A stretch of 64,000 nt of DNA, taken from the NCBI GenBank assembly GCA_963706955.1, contig CAVPOC010000012.1, positions 1-64,000 of the forward strand. The letters run 5' to 3'. Positions 30,886-42,700 of the stretch are shown one piece after another. The position numbers and the translations under genes were made by a program. Source of the DNA: an uncultured Verrucomicrobiae bacterium (GTDB lineage: Bacteria > Verrucomicrobiota > Verrucomicrobiia > Chthoniobacterales > Terrimicrobiaceae). Under the pieces are notes generated by a model that worked only from the letters and a program-made list of their open reading frames with translations, was not told where the DNA came from and searched no databases. Numbering within the stretch: the stretch's first letter is position 1; the number at the start of each line of letters is the position of its first letter.

Positions 30886-30901
30886 CCACAATATCTTGAG
30901 A
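30886..30901. promoter_or_regulatory. NrdR-box-like operator upstream of nrdR
   Basis: CCACAATATCTTGAGA matches the strongly conserved positions of the consensus acaCwAtATaTwGtgt. Confidence 0.6.
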
Positions 30902-30912
30902 TGTCAACCGGT

Positions 30913-32031
30913 TTATCGATCTTTTCTCGACAAGAGGTCGATGAGTAAACGTTCGATGATTACCGCGTCGGTGAGCGTTCCGCTAAGGAGTTGCTGGTTT
31001 GCCGCCGCGCAGGAGGAAAATCCCTCCCTAAGCTCCTCGAGCGTGTAACGGGAAGCGCCGGTCGCCGCAATTCCCAGAAGATATACGCTGAGGGTGCCAT
31101 CCTTCTTACGGGGAAGATGCGCGGTGTCGGCCGGGGAAAGGCGCTTGAGGGTTCCGGCAAAGAACTGCGGCTGCGAGGGAGGGGACAAGTGGTGTCTCAA
31201 AATAAGATCCTTGACGAGAAGAAGATTGCGCACGGTGGGGACGACGGCGGCGAGAAGGATGGCTATGCCACGTTCGCCTTGGTGAATCAGCTGTTGGAGA
31301 GTTTCCAGCGCCAGCGCAAGGTCTCGTTGCAGAATGGCGTCGCTCAGGTCGAAAATGCCCCCTTCGCGGGTCTGCGGCACCAGAAGCCGGATGTCTCCTG
31401 AGCTGATCTGGGTGCCGGTTCCGAAGGCCGTCTCCAGCTTCCCGAGTTCACTCTCGAGTTGAAGCGGATTCAGTCCAACGCGGGCGGCGAGGATATCCAC
31501 TGCGTCCGGACGCAATTGCACGCCGTGCTCCCGCGCCCGCACAGCCGTCCATTCCGCAATCGCCTCCTCGTCTCCCCGAAATCCAAGGTTGGGAAGATCA
31601 TAGACCGCCGTGGTCGCGAGTTTCGTTAAGAGCTTGTAGCCGGTTCTGCGCTTGTCGGCCAACGGTGCGCTGAAAAGAAAGCTAACGCCTTCGGGTAGTC
31701 CCGTTTCAACAACCGCGCAGAGTCTTTCAAGCGCACGAGTGACGCTCTCCGAGCGTCCGGCGCCGAGATCAGCCAGGAACGAGGCGTTCTTCAGCCAAAC
31801 CAATTTGGAACCGCCGAGAAATGGGAGGGTGAGCAACGCCTGGCTGGCTTGCTGGAGCGCGCTAATCGCCGCCTCGGCGTTGTCGGCGGCGCCGTCGATC
31901 ATCTCGAGACCGAATACGTCTGCATCCGGCGCCAGCTCTTTTGCGAGCTCGATGGACGCCTTCCTTACGGCCGCCTCATCGGATCCAGTAACGAAGTGGA
32001 CTTCAGAAGCTCTCGTCTTCGCCGAAACCAT
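30913..32031 (-). CDS. holA: DNA polymerase III delta subunit
   Basis: VHFVTGSDE, TLPFLGGSKLV, ELGKL, IFDLSDAI; TGATG overlap with uvrB. Confidence 0.85.
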   Translation of the reverse strand: MVSAKTRASEVHFVTGSDEAAVRKASIELAKELAPDADVFGLEMIDGAADNAEAAISALQQASQALLTLPFLGGSKLVWLKNASFLADLGAGRSESVTRALERLCAVVETGLPEGVSFLFSAPLADKRRTGYKLLTKLATTAVYDLPNLGFRGDEEAIAEWTAVRAREHGVQLRPDAVDILAARVGLNPLQLESELGKLETAFGTGTQISSGDIRLLVPQTREGGIFDLSDAILQRDLALALETLQQLIHQGERGIAILLAAVVPTVRNLLLVKDLILRHHLSPPSQPQFFAGTLKRLSPADTAHLPRKKDGTLSVYLLGIAATGASRYTLEELREGFSSCAAANQQLLSGTLTDAVIIERLLIDLLSRKDR

Positions 32032-34211
32032 CAGACAACCGATCGTTTGCGGCCTCTCCTTCCGCTTGGATACCTACTGGGAACTCTCCTTGGTTCGACC
32101 TTCGCAATCCCTGAACCGCTCTTGAGCTCGGCAATTTGATCACGCAACAAAGCGGCGCGTTCATATTCGAGACCGGCAGCAGCAGAGGCCATGTCACGCT
32201 CCAATTCGCGGATGAGTTCGTTGAGATCGAAGTCTGCCGGAGACTCATTGACGATGCCTTGCTCCACTTCGCGGGCCTTCAAGATCACATGCAAACTTTC
32301 CTGGACGGCACGTCGAACACTCTTGGGGGTGATGCCGTGTTCCTCATTGTACGCCAGTTGGCGTCCCCGCCGGTAGTCACTCACATCGAGCAGCTTTTGC
32401 ATGCTGCCGGTCACCTGGTCCGCAAATAGAACGACCTCTCCGTTGACGTGCCGCGCAGCTCGTCCCGCCGTCTGGATCAGGGAAGTCTGCGAGCGCAGGT
32501 AGCCCTCCTTGTCAGCGTCCAGAATGCAAACAAGGCTAACCTCTGGCAGGTCCAAACCTTCACGAAGCAGGTTAATTCCTACCAACACGTCGCACTCTCC
32601 GGAGCGCAGACCACGTAGGATTTCGACTCGTTCGATTGTATCAATGTCGCTGTGAAGGTAGCGGACTTTCAGGCCGATGTCGCGCAGGTAATCCGCCAGG
32701 TCCTCGGCGGTCCGCTTCGTCAAGGTGGTCACGAGAACTCGCTCGCCTTTCTCGATGCGCTGTCGACACAATTCGATCGTGTCGTCGATCTGATTTTTCA
32801 GTCCTCGAACAGTGATTTTCGGATCGAGAAGCCCGGTCGGGCGAATGATCTGCTCAACCACAAGAGGAACGCCAGGAGTTAATGGGTCGAATTCGCGGGC
32901 AACCTCCGGTTTTTGATTTTGGCCCGTAACGTCAGAGAAGCTAGCCCACCCTCGCTCGCGGAGCTGGTCACCAGGAGTGGCGATATAGCTTCGGTTACCG
33001 ACAACACTGTTCCGAAGCTCGAATTCGCCGGGCGTAGCACTGACGTAGACTAACTGGCGCGTCATCGTCATGAATTCCTCGAAGTTTAGCGGTCGATTGT
33101 CGAGCGCGCTGGGGAGCCGGAAACCGTAGTTGACGAGCACTGTCTTCCGCGAGCGATCTCCCGCAAACATGCCACCGATCTGTGGAACGGTGGCATGAGA
33201 CTCATCGATCACGAGAAGGAAATCTTCGGGCAGAAAGTCCATCAGGGTGTAGGGTCGCGAGCCGGGAGGGCGTCCACTGAGGTGGCGCGAATAGTTCTCG
33301 ATGCCATTGCAGAATCCCATTTCCTGCATCATCTCCAAATCAAACTCTGTGCGTTGTTTAAGCCTCTGCGCCTCGACCAGTTTGTTCTCGCGCTCCAGCA
33401 AGGTAATTCGCTCATCAAGTTCATGACGTATTGCCCGCACCGCCCGCTGGAGCTTGTCGTAAGGAGTTACGAACTGCTTGGCAGGGTAGATCGTTAGAGT
33501 AGTAAGTGTCGACGTAGCCCGCCCGGTCAGCGGATCGAATTGGCTAATGCGTTCGATCTCATCACCGAAAAATTCAACGCGAATGGCTTCTTCGTCCACC
33601 TGTGCCTGGTGCACCTCAACGACGTCGCCGCGAACGCGAAACTTCCCTCGACCGAACGCGATATCGTTGCGCTCATAAAGCATGTCCACGAGCTTCGCCA
33701 GAAAGGTCTCGCGACTCATCGTCTGTCCCTGCTTGATGGTGACGAGCATTTGCAAGAAATCCTCGGGCGAGGCCAGCCCATAGATGCAGGACACGCTTGC
33801 CACAACGATCGTATCGCGCCGCGAGAGCAGCGAGCTAACAGCCGACAGTCGAAGCCGCTCAATCTCTTCATTGATTGAAGAATCCTTTTCGATGTAGGTA
33901 TCGGTCCGCGGGATGTAGGCTTCCGGCTGATAATAATCGAAATAACTGACAAAATATTCGACGGCATTGTGCGGGAAGAACTGCCTGAACTCGCTGTAGA
34001 GCTGGGCCGCCAGCGTCTTGTTGTGAGACATCACCAAAGTTGGCCGATCGAGTTCCTGGATGACATTTGCGATGGTGAAGGTCTTGCCTGAGCCGGTAAC
34101 GCCCAGCAAGGTTTGGTGGCGGTTTCCTGCCACCAGCGAACGGATCAATTTGCTGATGGCTTGTTCCTGATCACCACGGGGCTCATAGCTGGCCGCCAAT
34201 TCGAAAGACAT
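32031..34211 (-). CDS. uvrB: Excinuclease ABC subunit B
   Basis: [34 protein letters not shown]-terminal UVR domain. Confidence 0.98.
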   Translation of the reverse strand: MSFELAASYEPRGDQEQAISKLIRSLVAGNRHQTLLGVTGSGKTFTIANVIQELDRPTLVMSHNKTLAAQLYSEFRQFFPHNAVEYFVSYFDYYQPEAYIPRTDTYIEKDSSINEEIERLRLSAVSSLLSRRDTIVVASVSCIYGLASPEDFLQMLVTIKQGQTMSRETFLAKLVDMLYERNDIAFGRGKFRVRGDVVEVHQAQVDEEAIRVEFFGDEIERISQFDPLTGRATSTLTTLTIYPAKQFVTPYDKLQRAVRAIRHELDERITLLERENKLVEAQRLKQRTEFDLEMMQEMGFCNGIENYSRHLSGRPPGSRPYTLMDFLPEDFLLVIDESHATVPQIGGMFAGDRSRKTVLVNYGFRLPSALDNRPLNFEEFMTMTRQLVYVSATPGEFELRNSVVGNRSYIATPGDQLRERGWASFSDVTGQNQKPEVAREFDPLTPGVPLVVEQIIRPTGLLDPKITVRGLKNQIDDTIELCRQRIEKGERVLVTTLTKRTAEDLADYLRDIGLKVRYLHSDIDTIERVEILRGLRSGECDVLVGINLLREGLDLPEVSLVCILDADKEGYLRSQTSLIQTAGRAARHVNGEVVLFADQVTGSMQKLLDVSDYRRGRQLAYNEEHGITPKSVRRAVQESLHVILKAREVEQGIVNESPADFDLNELIRELERDMASAAAGLEYERAALLRDQIAELKSGSGIAKVEPRRVPSRYPSGRRGRKRSVV

Positions 34212-34364
34212 AACCCAACAATTTACTGGGGAACGGAGCTCGCCGCAAGCGATCGGCTGCGGATGGTCACTCCGGCACGTTGCCTTCAGCTCCGCAGCTG
34301 GCGATTGCAATAAGAAGTTGCCGTGCGACCATGAGTCTGTGAAATACTTTGTGGCAGGCCCATT

Positions 34365-35498
34365 ATGAATCCGCGTCTGATCTCGAGAGACTTGCAGCCA
34401 CTCCTACGCAAGGTCGAGAGTGGGCTTCGCATCTCCGAAGAGGACGCAAACCTCCTTTATAACAGCACCGACATTAATGGCATTGGGGCGATCGCAAACA
34501 TCGTCCGTGAGCGGAAGAATGGGAACGTTGCGACCTATATTCACAATCGCTACGTCAACTATTCCAACGTCTGCCTCCTCTCCTGCCAATTCTGTGCCTT
34601 CGGTGCCAAGAAGCGCGAAGCGCATGCATTCGAGATGGCAATCCCCGAGATCGTCCAGATCGTTCGTGACGCTTTGAACCTTGGTATTACCGAGATTCAT
34701 ATGGTCGGGGGACTCCACCCGACTCTGAAAGGGGATTGGTATCTTGAGTTATTACGCAGCCTTCACGGACTCGACGAGCAGTTGATCATCAAAGCGTTCA
34801 CCGCCATCGAGATTAGACACCTCGCCGAGCGCGTCTTCAAACTTCCCCTCCGTGCTACCCTTGAGCTTCTCCGGGAGAACGGACTGGGTGCGATTACCGG
34901 CGGCGGCGCCGAGATCTTTGATCCGGAGATTCGCGATAAGATCTGCCGGGGCAAGGAAAGCGCCGAAGAATGGCTTGAAGTGCACAGAACCTGGCACCAA
35001 ATGGGGGGCCACAGCACTTGTACCATGCTCTACGGTCACATCGAAACTGCCTCTCACCGGATCGATCATCTGAGACGCCTGCGCGAACTTCAGGACGAGA
35101 CCGGTGGCTTTACCGGATTTATTCCCTTTGCTTTTGAGCCTGAAGGTGCTCGCCCTGTCCTGCACGGAATCGCCCATGCCACCGCATTCGAAGAATTGCG
35201 CAACCTGGCGATCAGCCGACTTTTCCTCGATAACATTCCTCACATCACCGCTTATTGGATCAGTCTTGGACTCCCTCTCGCGCAACTTTCCCTCAGTTAC
35301 GGAGTTGATGACCTTCATGGCACCATCATCGAAGAGAAGATCTTCCACATGGCAGGAGCACGAACACCACAGCAGCAAACGGTAGAGGCTCTTGAGAAGG
35401 CCATCCGTGAGGCAGGTCGCATCCCGATGCAACGGAACAGCTTCTACGAGCGCATATCCAATACCATGCCGCGGGCCCCGCACCTGGCGGCGGCGTGA
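34365..35498 (+). CDS. mqnE: Aminofutalosine synthase (radical SAM)
   Basis: [44 protein letters not shown]; coupled to mqnA. Confidence 0.9.
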   Translation: MNPRLISRDLQPLLRKVESGLRISEEDANLLYNSTDINGIGAIANIVRERKNGNVATYIHNRYVNYSNVCLLSCQFCAFGAKKREAHAFEMAIPEIVQIVRDALNLGITEIHMVGGLHPTLKGDWYLELLRSLHGLDEQLIIKAFTAIEIRHLAERVFKLPLRATLELLRENGLGAITGGGAEIFDPEIRDKICRGKESAEEWLEVHRTWHQMGGHSTCTMLYGHIETASHRIDHLRRLRELQDETGGFTGFIPFAFEPEGARPVLHGIAHATAFEELRNLAISRLFLDNIPHITAYWISLGLPLAQLSLSYGVDDLHGTIIEEKIFHMAGARTPQQQTVEALEKAIREAGRIPMQRNSFYERISNTMPRAPHLAAA

Positions 35499-36271
35499 GT
35501 CCAGCTGTCTTCGCTCTTTCCGGTCTGCGAATCGGTCCGGTTTCCTATCTCAACGCCAAACCGTTGATCTGGGGCCTCAATTCGAGTCTCCTTCGAACGG
35601 ATATTCCAGCGGTCTTGTCGGAGCAGTTTTTCGCGGCAAAATTGGATATCGCCCTGCTGCCGGTTGTTGACGTCCTTCGAGCGGGCGCGGCATCGATTGT
35701 CGATAATGTTGGTATCGCCTGCGATGGCGAGGTCTTCAGCGTGGTGGTCGCCAGCCGGACAAGCTTCTTGGAGACGCGCAAGATTCACCTCGATCCTGCT
35801 TCCCGCAGCTCGACAGCGCTCCTGCGGGTTTTGCTTGCTGAGTTTTATCCCGGAGGTCCGCAAATCGCGGAAGGCGAGGAGATGCCTCACGAAGGAGCGC
35901 GACTCCTGATCGGTGACTCGGCCATCGCGTTCCGTCGATCTAAGGGATCAACCTGGCACTATCACGACCTGGGATGGCTTTGGAAAGTTCATACCGGACT
36001 TCCCTTCGTTTTCGCCGTCTGGGCGGTGGCCAGTGGTGCCAGTTCTTTGGTTTTCGACGCGCTCCGCGACGTCAAAGCGGCCGGGCTCGCGGCACGCAGA
36101 GAGATCGCTGCGCGGGAACCCGATCCAGAGTTCGCCTATGCCTATCTGACAAAGCATATCCGCTACGACATCGGCAGCGACGAGAAGGCGGGTCTTCGAC
36201 ACTTTGAGGGGCTGGCGAAGCGTCACGGCATTCTTCCCGAGACCTCTGCAGCCAGACTCGATTTCCGTTGA
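35495..36271 (+). CDS. mqnA: Chorismate dehydratase (futalosine pathway)
   Basis: VSYLNAKPL, ASRSSTALL, LLIGD.A, DLG..W...TGLPFVFAVW. Confidence 0.92.
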   Translation: MSPAVFALSGLRIGPVSYLNAKPLIWGLNSSLLRTDIPAVLSEQFFAAKLDIALLPVVDVLRAGAASIVDNVGIACDGEVFSVVVASRTSFLETRKIHLDPASRSSTALLRVLLAEFYPGGPQIAEGEEMPHEGARLLIGDSAIAFRRSKGSTWHYHDLGWLWKVHTGLPFVFAVWAVASGASSLVFDALRDVKAAGLAARREIAAREPDPEFAYAYLTKHIRYDIGSDEKAGLRHFEGLAKRHGILPETSAARLDFR

Positions 36272-36280
36272 GGCGATCTT

Positions 36281-36691
36281 TCAATCCGAGCGCGACGGCG
36301 ACGCGTTCGGGGCAAAACGGGGTAGATATTGTTCGCGAAAGAACTCAGCATTCCACGGCTTCTCCGACAGAATGGATCTGCGGGAAGGAGGCACGACATA
36401 GGCAAGAGCAAGCCTCTCTCCTTCCGGGCAGAGCACGGACACCTCTTCAAGCTCGTAAAAATCATCCTCAAACGCGGTAAGACGCTCCCACTCGAGCTCG
36501 CTGATGTTCGAGTAAAGGATTCCTTCTACTTTCCCGCCGCCACTCTCCCTGATCAGGGCAGGAAACAACTCGCCAAGAACCTCGAGGCACCGATAGCCGT
36601 TGATTGCCGCGGGACAACACGCGGGAACACGCCCGAGAACCGATCTGATCACCGGCGCGAACATCAGTGTGCCGTAAGCAAATAGCGGCAT
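36281..36691 (-). CDS. Gamma-glutamylcyclotransferase (AIG2-like) family protein
   Basis: LFAYGTL, VEGILY, LTAFEDDFY. Confidence 0.85.
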   Translation of the reverse strand: MPLFAYGTLMFAPVIRSVLGRVPACCPAAINGYRCLEVLGELFPALIRESGGGKVEGILYSNISELEWERLTAFEDDFYELEEVSVLCPEGERLALAYVVPPSRRSILSEKPWNAEFFREQYLPRFAPNASPSRSD

Positions 36692-36722
36692 GCTCCCGAG
36701 AGATTGTCCGGTCACACCAATC

Positions 36723-37808
36723 TCAGATGAACGCTTCAGCAACCGAATCTGCCAGGAGCCGTCCCTTGGGTGTCAGAAACCAGCGACTTTCCCTCAAAAC
36801 GAGCAGGCCGATCGTGGCGAATTCCTCGGCTTGAGCTTTCGCAACGAGCTCCGAAGCGACCCCGTAGTTCGTGCGTAGGGAAAAGGCGACGCGTTCTGAG
36901 CGGCGCACGCTTTCGGAGAGCCTCTCTTGGAAGTCGACTGGCTCCCGACCCGCGTCGACGGCACTGACGTACTTCGCCGTGTCGCTGACGTTCTTCCATC
37001 GCTTGTGACCCACAGTCGAGAACGCGCTGGGGCCAAGCCCAAGAAAGTCTTCCCCGAGCCAATAGGCAAGATTGTGACGGCACTCTCGATTCGGCCGCGC
37101 GTAGTTAGAGATCTCATACTGCGAGAAGCCGGAGCCTTCCAGCATCTCCATCGCCATCTCGAACAGATCGGCCTCGAGCGACTTGTCAGGAACATATTCC
37201 GCACGGGTCATGCGTGCGAAGTATTCAGTGTCCTCCTCGTAGGTTAGGCAATACGCCGAAACGTGGTCGGACTCGAGAGCAAGCGTTTCATCTAAAGTCG
37301 CTCGCCACTGTTCGCGATTCTGCCCAGGTATGCCGAACATGAGGTCCAAATTTATGTTGTCGAAGCCAGCCTCGCGAAGGAGCGCGTAGCTTCTTCTCGC
37401 CTGTTGCGATGAGTGAACCCGGCCGAGCGTCGCAAGTAACCCGTCATCCCAGCTCTGCACTCCCATGCTCACGCGATTGACGCCCATCCCACGAAGCATC
37501 GCCGCTTTCTCAAGTGAAACCGTGGCGGGATTCATTTCCACGGTGAATTCCTTGAGGTCCGAGACGTCGATGCGCTCTCGCAGACCGCTAATCAGGTAGC
37601 GCAATTGTGGGGTCGTAAGTGCTGTCGGAGTGCCGCCGCCAAAGAATATCGTCTTGGGTCTCAGATCAGCGGCGTGGCCCTCCGCCTCAACCAAGACAGC
37701 ATCAAGGAAGCTTGCCGTTTTGTGGCGGTCACTCGATTCCTTGTAAAAGCTGCAATATGGGCACACCTTCGGGCAGAACGGGACGTGGACGTAAAGATGC
37801 GCGATCAT
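36723..37808 (-). CDS. hemW: Radical SAM heme chaperone
   Basis: HLYVHVPFCPKVCPYC, FFGGGTP, YEISNY, HNLAYW. Confidence 0.92.
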   Translation of the reverse strand: MIAHLYVHVPFCPKVCPYCSFYKESSDRHKTASFLDAVLVEAEGHAADLRPKTIFFGGGTPTALTTPQLRYLISGLRERIDVSDLKEFTVEMNPATVSLEKAAMLRGMGVNRVSMGVQSWDDGLLATLGRVHSSQQARRSYALLREAGFDNINLDLMFGIPGQNREQWRATLDETLALESDHVSAYCLTYEEDTEYFARMTRAEYVPDKSLEADLFEMAMEMLEGSGFSQYEISNYARPNRECRHNLAYWLGEDFLGLGPSAFSTVGHKRWKNVSDTAKYVSAVDAGREPVDFQERLSESVRRSERVAFSLRTNYGVASELVAKAQAEEFATIGLLVLRESRWFLTPKGRLLADSVAEAFI

Positions 37809-37847
37809 TCGGCTGGATTTTCGAGGCGGATTGACAAAATTCAGAAG

Positions 37848-38897
37848 ATGAAGGCGGTTCTCGGTTTTGCGTTTCTGCTGGCTGTGAGCCTGCCTGCCAC
37901 TGCTCAGGATGCGGCCAGAGTCTATTACGCGCTCGATACGAATGCAATCGGCCCCGCTCGATCGATTCAGACACGCGTGGTGCGAAGGATGGTTGATAGC
38001 CTGATTTGCCGGGTCACTGGCACTTATTCTGTCGCGGCAGCTTGGAGGTCGCTCTTAAACCCAAAGGATAGGGTGGGAATCAAAGTTTCCGCCTCGGGTA
38101 GGTCGGTCAGCGGGACGAACCCGGAGGTCGTCGATGCCATCGTGGAGGGCTTGACCGAGGCGGGAGTCCCCTCGAAAAGCATTATCGTTTGGGATAAGAG
38201 TATCGACGATCTTCTGGCTGCGGGCTTCAAGAAGGATGGTACGCGCTACCTTCTCCAAGGAATTGATCCGAAGAGCGGCTACGATCAGCAAGCCGGAGTG
38301 AGTGCTCCTGTTCTCGGGAAGCTTATCTGGGGAGACAGTCGGTTCGGCGATCGTCGCGGGCATCGCTTCGCGGATCTTCTCTCGAGCGGCGAGCAACTTA
38401 GTAGTCAAAGCTACTTTGCCAAAGTCCTCACCACGGACGTCACCAAGGTGATCAACGTCCCGTCCTTGAGTGACAGTTACCTTACGGGAATAAATGGTGG
38501 CATCGTGAATATGACCCTTCCAAACCTGGACAATTGGCGCCGCTTTGCTAAGGCGGCGGCAGAGGGCGGTTCTTATATCGCGGAAGTCTATGCCGATCCA
38601 CTGATCCGAGAAAAGGTGGTGTTAACGCTTCTCGACGCGCTCATCCTGCAATTCGCGGGCGGACCATTTCCGGATCCAAACTTCTCGCTTGAAAACTATG
38701 CCTTGTTTGCCAGTAAGGACCCGGTCGCGATTGATGTGATCGCTTTGCGGCTCATTGAGGACGCTCGAAAAGCCAGCAAAATGCCTTCGATTAAACCAAT
38801 GACTGCCTACTTGGGAGCCGCTGCCGAACTCGGGCTGGGAGAGGCCGTCGAGTCACGCATTCAAACGATCCGGGTGGGGGTAGAGGGATTCAGATAG
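37848..38897 (+). CDS. Secreted DUF362-family protein
   Basis: Signal peptide ending ATA|QD, DRVGIKV, VINVP, ASKDPVAID. Confidence 0.75.
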   Translation: MKAVLGFAFLLAVSLPATAQDAARVYYALDTNAIGPARSIQTRVVRRMVDSLICRVTGTYSVAAAWRSLLNPKDRVGIKVSASGRSVSGTNPEVVDAIVEGLTEAGVPSKSIIVWDKSIDDLLAAGFKKDGTRYLLQGIDPKSGYDQQAGVSAPVLGKLIWGDSRFGDRRGHRFADLLSSGEQLSSQSYFAKVLTTDVTKVINVPSLSDSYLTGINGGIVNMTLPNLDNWRRFAKAAAEGGSYIAEVYADPLIREKVVLTLLDALILQFAGGPFPDPNFSLENYALFASKDPVAIDVIALRLIEDARKASKMPSIKPMTAYLGAAAELGLGEAVESRIQTIRVGVEGFR

Positions 38898-38907
38898 AGC
38901 AGAGCCA

Positions 38908-39711
38908 ATGCCTGCCTCCAACGCTTTTCTTGCACGTGAAACCTCAGCCTCGTTGCGAGCGCCTTCGGTAGACTGGCCGCTGCTCAAGCGGGTTTCGCGT
39001 TCTTTTTATCTGAGCCTTAGGCTTCTGCCCAGACAGGTCCGCGAATCGATAGCGCTCGCTTATCTTCTCGCCAGACTATCCGATACTTTGGTCGATGGAG
39101 CGACCACCGACGCAGAAAGGCAACTCCTGGCGCGACGCCAGGAAATCGAGGCATGGCTTTCCTGTTCGCCGGATCGTCTTGAGATCGAAAGCGTCTGGTC
39201 AACCATTCGCCAGGGTCAGGGGTTCGACCATGAACGCTTCTCGGCCAATTCAGCCCCACTTAGCCCGGAGGAGCTCGATCGCTATACGTATCTCGTAGCC
39301 GGATGCGTCGGCGAATTTTGGACGCTTCTTTGTGAAAAGAAAATACCTGGCTTTGCATCCTTGGAATTCTCCAAATTGCGCGATTTGGGTATCCGCTTCG
39401 GCAAAGGGCTTCAACTCGTCAACATACTGCGCGATCGACACGGCGACGCGCTGATGGGGCGCATCTATGTGCCTCCTGAGCGGTTCGCGGCCGCCTTGGC
39501 GGAGGCTCGCGCGCATCTTGATGCTGCCCGGCAATACGTCGATTCGCTGCGGATTTATCGCTTGCGGGTTGCTTGCACTCTCCCGCTCTACCTGGGAAAC
39601 GCCACTCTCGATCTGGTCGAGCGCTATCCGTCAAGGGAGCGCGTGAAGGTCCATCGCCTAAGCGTGTGGCTCCAGTTCCTGCGAGCTTTGCTGCCCGGAA
39701 AGATCAGCTGA
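38908..39711 (+). CDS. Squalene/phytoene synthase family protein
   Basis: LLKRVSRSF, ARLSDTLVD, YTYLVAGCVGEF, GKGLQLVNILRD...GRIYVP. Confidence 0.88.
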   Translation: MPASNAFLARETSASLRAPSVDWPLLKRVSRSFYLSLRLLPRQVRESIALAYLLARLSDTLVDGATTDAERQLLARRQEIEAWLSCSPDRLEIESVWSTIRQGQGFDHERFSANSAPLSPEELDRYTYLVAGCVGEFWTLLCEKKIPGFASLEFSKLRDLGIRFGKGLQLVNILRDRHGDALMGRIYVPPERFAAALAEARAHLDAARQYVDSLRIYRLRVACTLPLYLGNATLDLVERYPSRERVKVHRLSVWLQFLRALLPGKIS

Positions 39712-39737
39712 AACCAAGAGGCGCCCCTGGGCTGGCA

Positions 39738-42700
39738 TCAATCGAAGGATGTTTTCGCGTATTCCCGCAAAATCCCGGCCAGGACCTTAACGGTGGGTTG
39801 GCTCAGCATCTGATCGGGATCGCAGTTCAATCGATTAATGGCCGCGTCGGGGGCACAAGCTCGCCAGGCGGCTTCGTGATCACGCGCCATCGTCGTCCCC
39901 ATTACTACGCAGCAGGGACCGCTCAGCGGTCGCGTGCGAAACTCTCTCAAGGCATTGGCATGCGAGATCTCGACCGAGCGCATGTTTGAATCGACAAGAA
40001 CCTCGCGCTTACCAGAGCGCGAAAATGCTCGTGAAAGCGAACGCATCCAGTCATCGGCCTTTCCGTTGAGCAAAGGAGCGCGCGAGCCCGTCAAGGCAAG
40101 ATAACGGACGCGAGAACCCGCCTCGCGCATGCGGTGAGCCATCTCAAACGCGAGAACCGCCCCGAAACCGTAACCCAAGAGATGATACGGGCCATCGGGG
40201 TCCTGCATTCGCACCGCTTCAACCAGGGCGGCAGCCTCACTTTCCACGGTTTGATGGCATGCTGCCGGTTCGGTGAGCCCGCGGGCTGTTGTCCCGATCA
40301 GTGTCCAATCTTCGGCGAGCAGTGTGATGAGTTCTCGGTATTTTTCCGGACTCCCTTCGACGTCATGAATAAGGAACAACGTGGGAGCGTTGGGAGTAGT
40401 GTGCAGGAGCAACAGCGGCTGCCAGGTGATCGAATCGGCCGGATGGACTGTCGGCGAAGTCTTCGTGAGCACGTCAGTCAACGATCGATGCAGCCTCGCC
40501 GAATCAATTCTCCCGCCGGCGGTGAGTGGAAACTCAGCGACGGCATGCAGGTAGTCTGGCTGCATCGTTTTTGGCTGAGCACTAATTGCACTTTGTATTG
40601 TCTCCGAGACATGAAGGCTGCGATCTTGCAGAATTAACCAGGCATGGCGAGCGGCCCTGGCACCGCCTGCCATGGTTACGCAATGTGCGTCTTGAACTCC
40701 TGCAATCTCGGTCAGCGATCGTTCGATAAGCTCGTCGTCCGAGGGGATCAGATGAATGACGCCCGATTTGTCGCGCCAGGCGGGCGCGGCGAACTTCTCT
40801 GCATGGTCGCGGAGCTGAATGGTCAATCGTCCTGGGTAGCGCGGCGGAATGAGATGGCCGGCCGAATCGATCAAGCGCGCTGCAACTCCGGCGCGTGGAG
40901 TTCCAAGAGGAACTTCGGTGATGGAGACGGAAAGGCCCGGTCGATCCCCGGCTTCATAGTTAACACTCAAACCGGAAAATCCCACCGGGCTGGAAAAGAA
41001 GATCGTTCTCGCCCGGCCGTCGTTGATCTCCTGCCACTGTCGATGGATTGCCGGCGCCAAAACTTTCCGCTCGATGCATACACAACGCAGCGAATCTGGA
41101 AAAGCCGCCCGCTCTCCTCGTAGCCCTGTTGTCCAGCTCCGCCATTGCGCGGAAGTTAGACGCAGATGCGAAGGCCTAGCATTTCTTAGCGTCGCGGCGA
41201 GTTCTCCCTCTCCGAGCAGAATGATGGTCGACCCTGCGAGCATTGCCGAAAGCACTATTTCTGCGAAAGCGGCAGTCCCACCGGTTGTTAGGAGAGGAAT
41301 TCTATCTCCTGGTTGCAGCTCCCAGAGAGTAATGGTCTCCAGACACGCCTCGAGCAGCAGTTGTGAGCTTAAAGTTTGCACGGCAGGCGGCTCATCAAAT
41401 TCCGTGCCCGTAAGAACCAAAGCGGGCTGGGGGTCGGCCACTGGCGGAACTTCCCCGCTGGATGTCGCGGTGATCACATCCCACTTTTGATCCAAGATAA
41501 TGAGCTTGCACCTCAGGTTCGCGAACAAGGGCGCGGTGATTGAATCACAGAGAACAATGTTCACATCGAGAGCGGTGAGCTTGCTGGCGAGCCACGTCGC
41601 ACTGGAATTTGGATCTAGAGGCACGCACGTTTTCCCACCGATAAGAATTCCCAGGACGGCGACCGGCAGCCAGGGCGTCGGTGTCAGACATGTCGCGACA
41701 CGGCCAGTATGGGCGGGATCTTCAGTGCGAAGATGAGCCGCGAGCAGCTTTGCGCATGAGTCGAGCTCGGCAAGGGAGAGCGCCGCATCGTTTGGTCCCT
41801 CAATCGCGAGTGATAAAGGCTGTCGCGTAATCACCGCGGCGATTTTCTCCTGAAGGGTCAGGCTCGGCTTTTCGCTCAGCCGCCCGAGCTCCTTAGGTTG
41901 GGGGATTTCGGTTTCGGCCTTGGTGAGAATAGAGAGCGACCCCACCTTCCCCGCAGGGTCTTTGATGACCGACTCGGTCACCCGCACGATCCGCTCCAAA
42001 AGATTTGTCGCTTCCAAAGAAGGAAAGAACTCGGGATCGAATTCAACCCGCAGTTCGAATTGTTGTCCCGACCGCACCTCGATGGTGAAGGGAAAAATCG
42101 AGCGCTGGATCGCCTTGACGTCGAAGCGAATCCAGCGGGGAAGTGCGCGGTGGATACGATCATTCAGCGCCGTCGGCAACCACAAAAAGGCGACGGGAAA
42201 CTCGCTGAGAGGGCGATTCGGCTGCGAGGACTGGAGGGCTTGGGAAAGGCTGATGGCGGCGTGATAGCGACGTTCCTCCTCCTCGAAGGCAATACTCTTC
42301 AACCATTCGGTTGCCGTGCGTTCATCTCGAATCGAGACAAGCGCAGGTAGAAGATTCTCGATCAGACCCCAGCCCAAATTTCTCGGACCGGCCACGGAAC
42401 AGCTTGCCAACAAAGTCAGGTTATCGCGGTCGGTCAATCGGCCGATTGCCAGCGCCCAAAACGCGAGGAATGCGTCCCGGGCCGAAACTCCGAGCTGTCG
42501 GCATAGCTTCTGGAGAGACGCAGAGACCTCGCGGTCCATCGTAAGGTGGCTTTCAGCACGCGCACTGGTAGGCAAATCCAGCGCCCGATGGGGGTAGACC
42601 CGAAGCATCCGGGGCTGGGCAGCCTCGGCAAGATGTTTGGACCACCAGTCGGCCGTCGTCTCAGACGCCTCGAATAGTCTGGATGGTTCTTCCGCATCCA

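Noticed and set aside
34212..34364. LexA/SOS box upstream of uvrB
   Set aside because: No CTGT-N8-ACAG, GAAC-N4-GTTC or TGTTC-N4-GAACA match seen
37605..37847. Long N-terminus of the DUF362 ORF
   Set aside because: Overlaps hemW antisense; the signal peptide starts at ATG 37848
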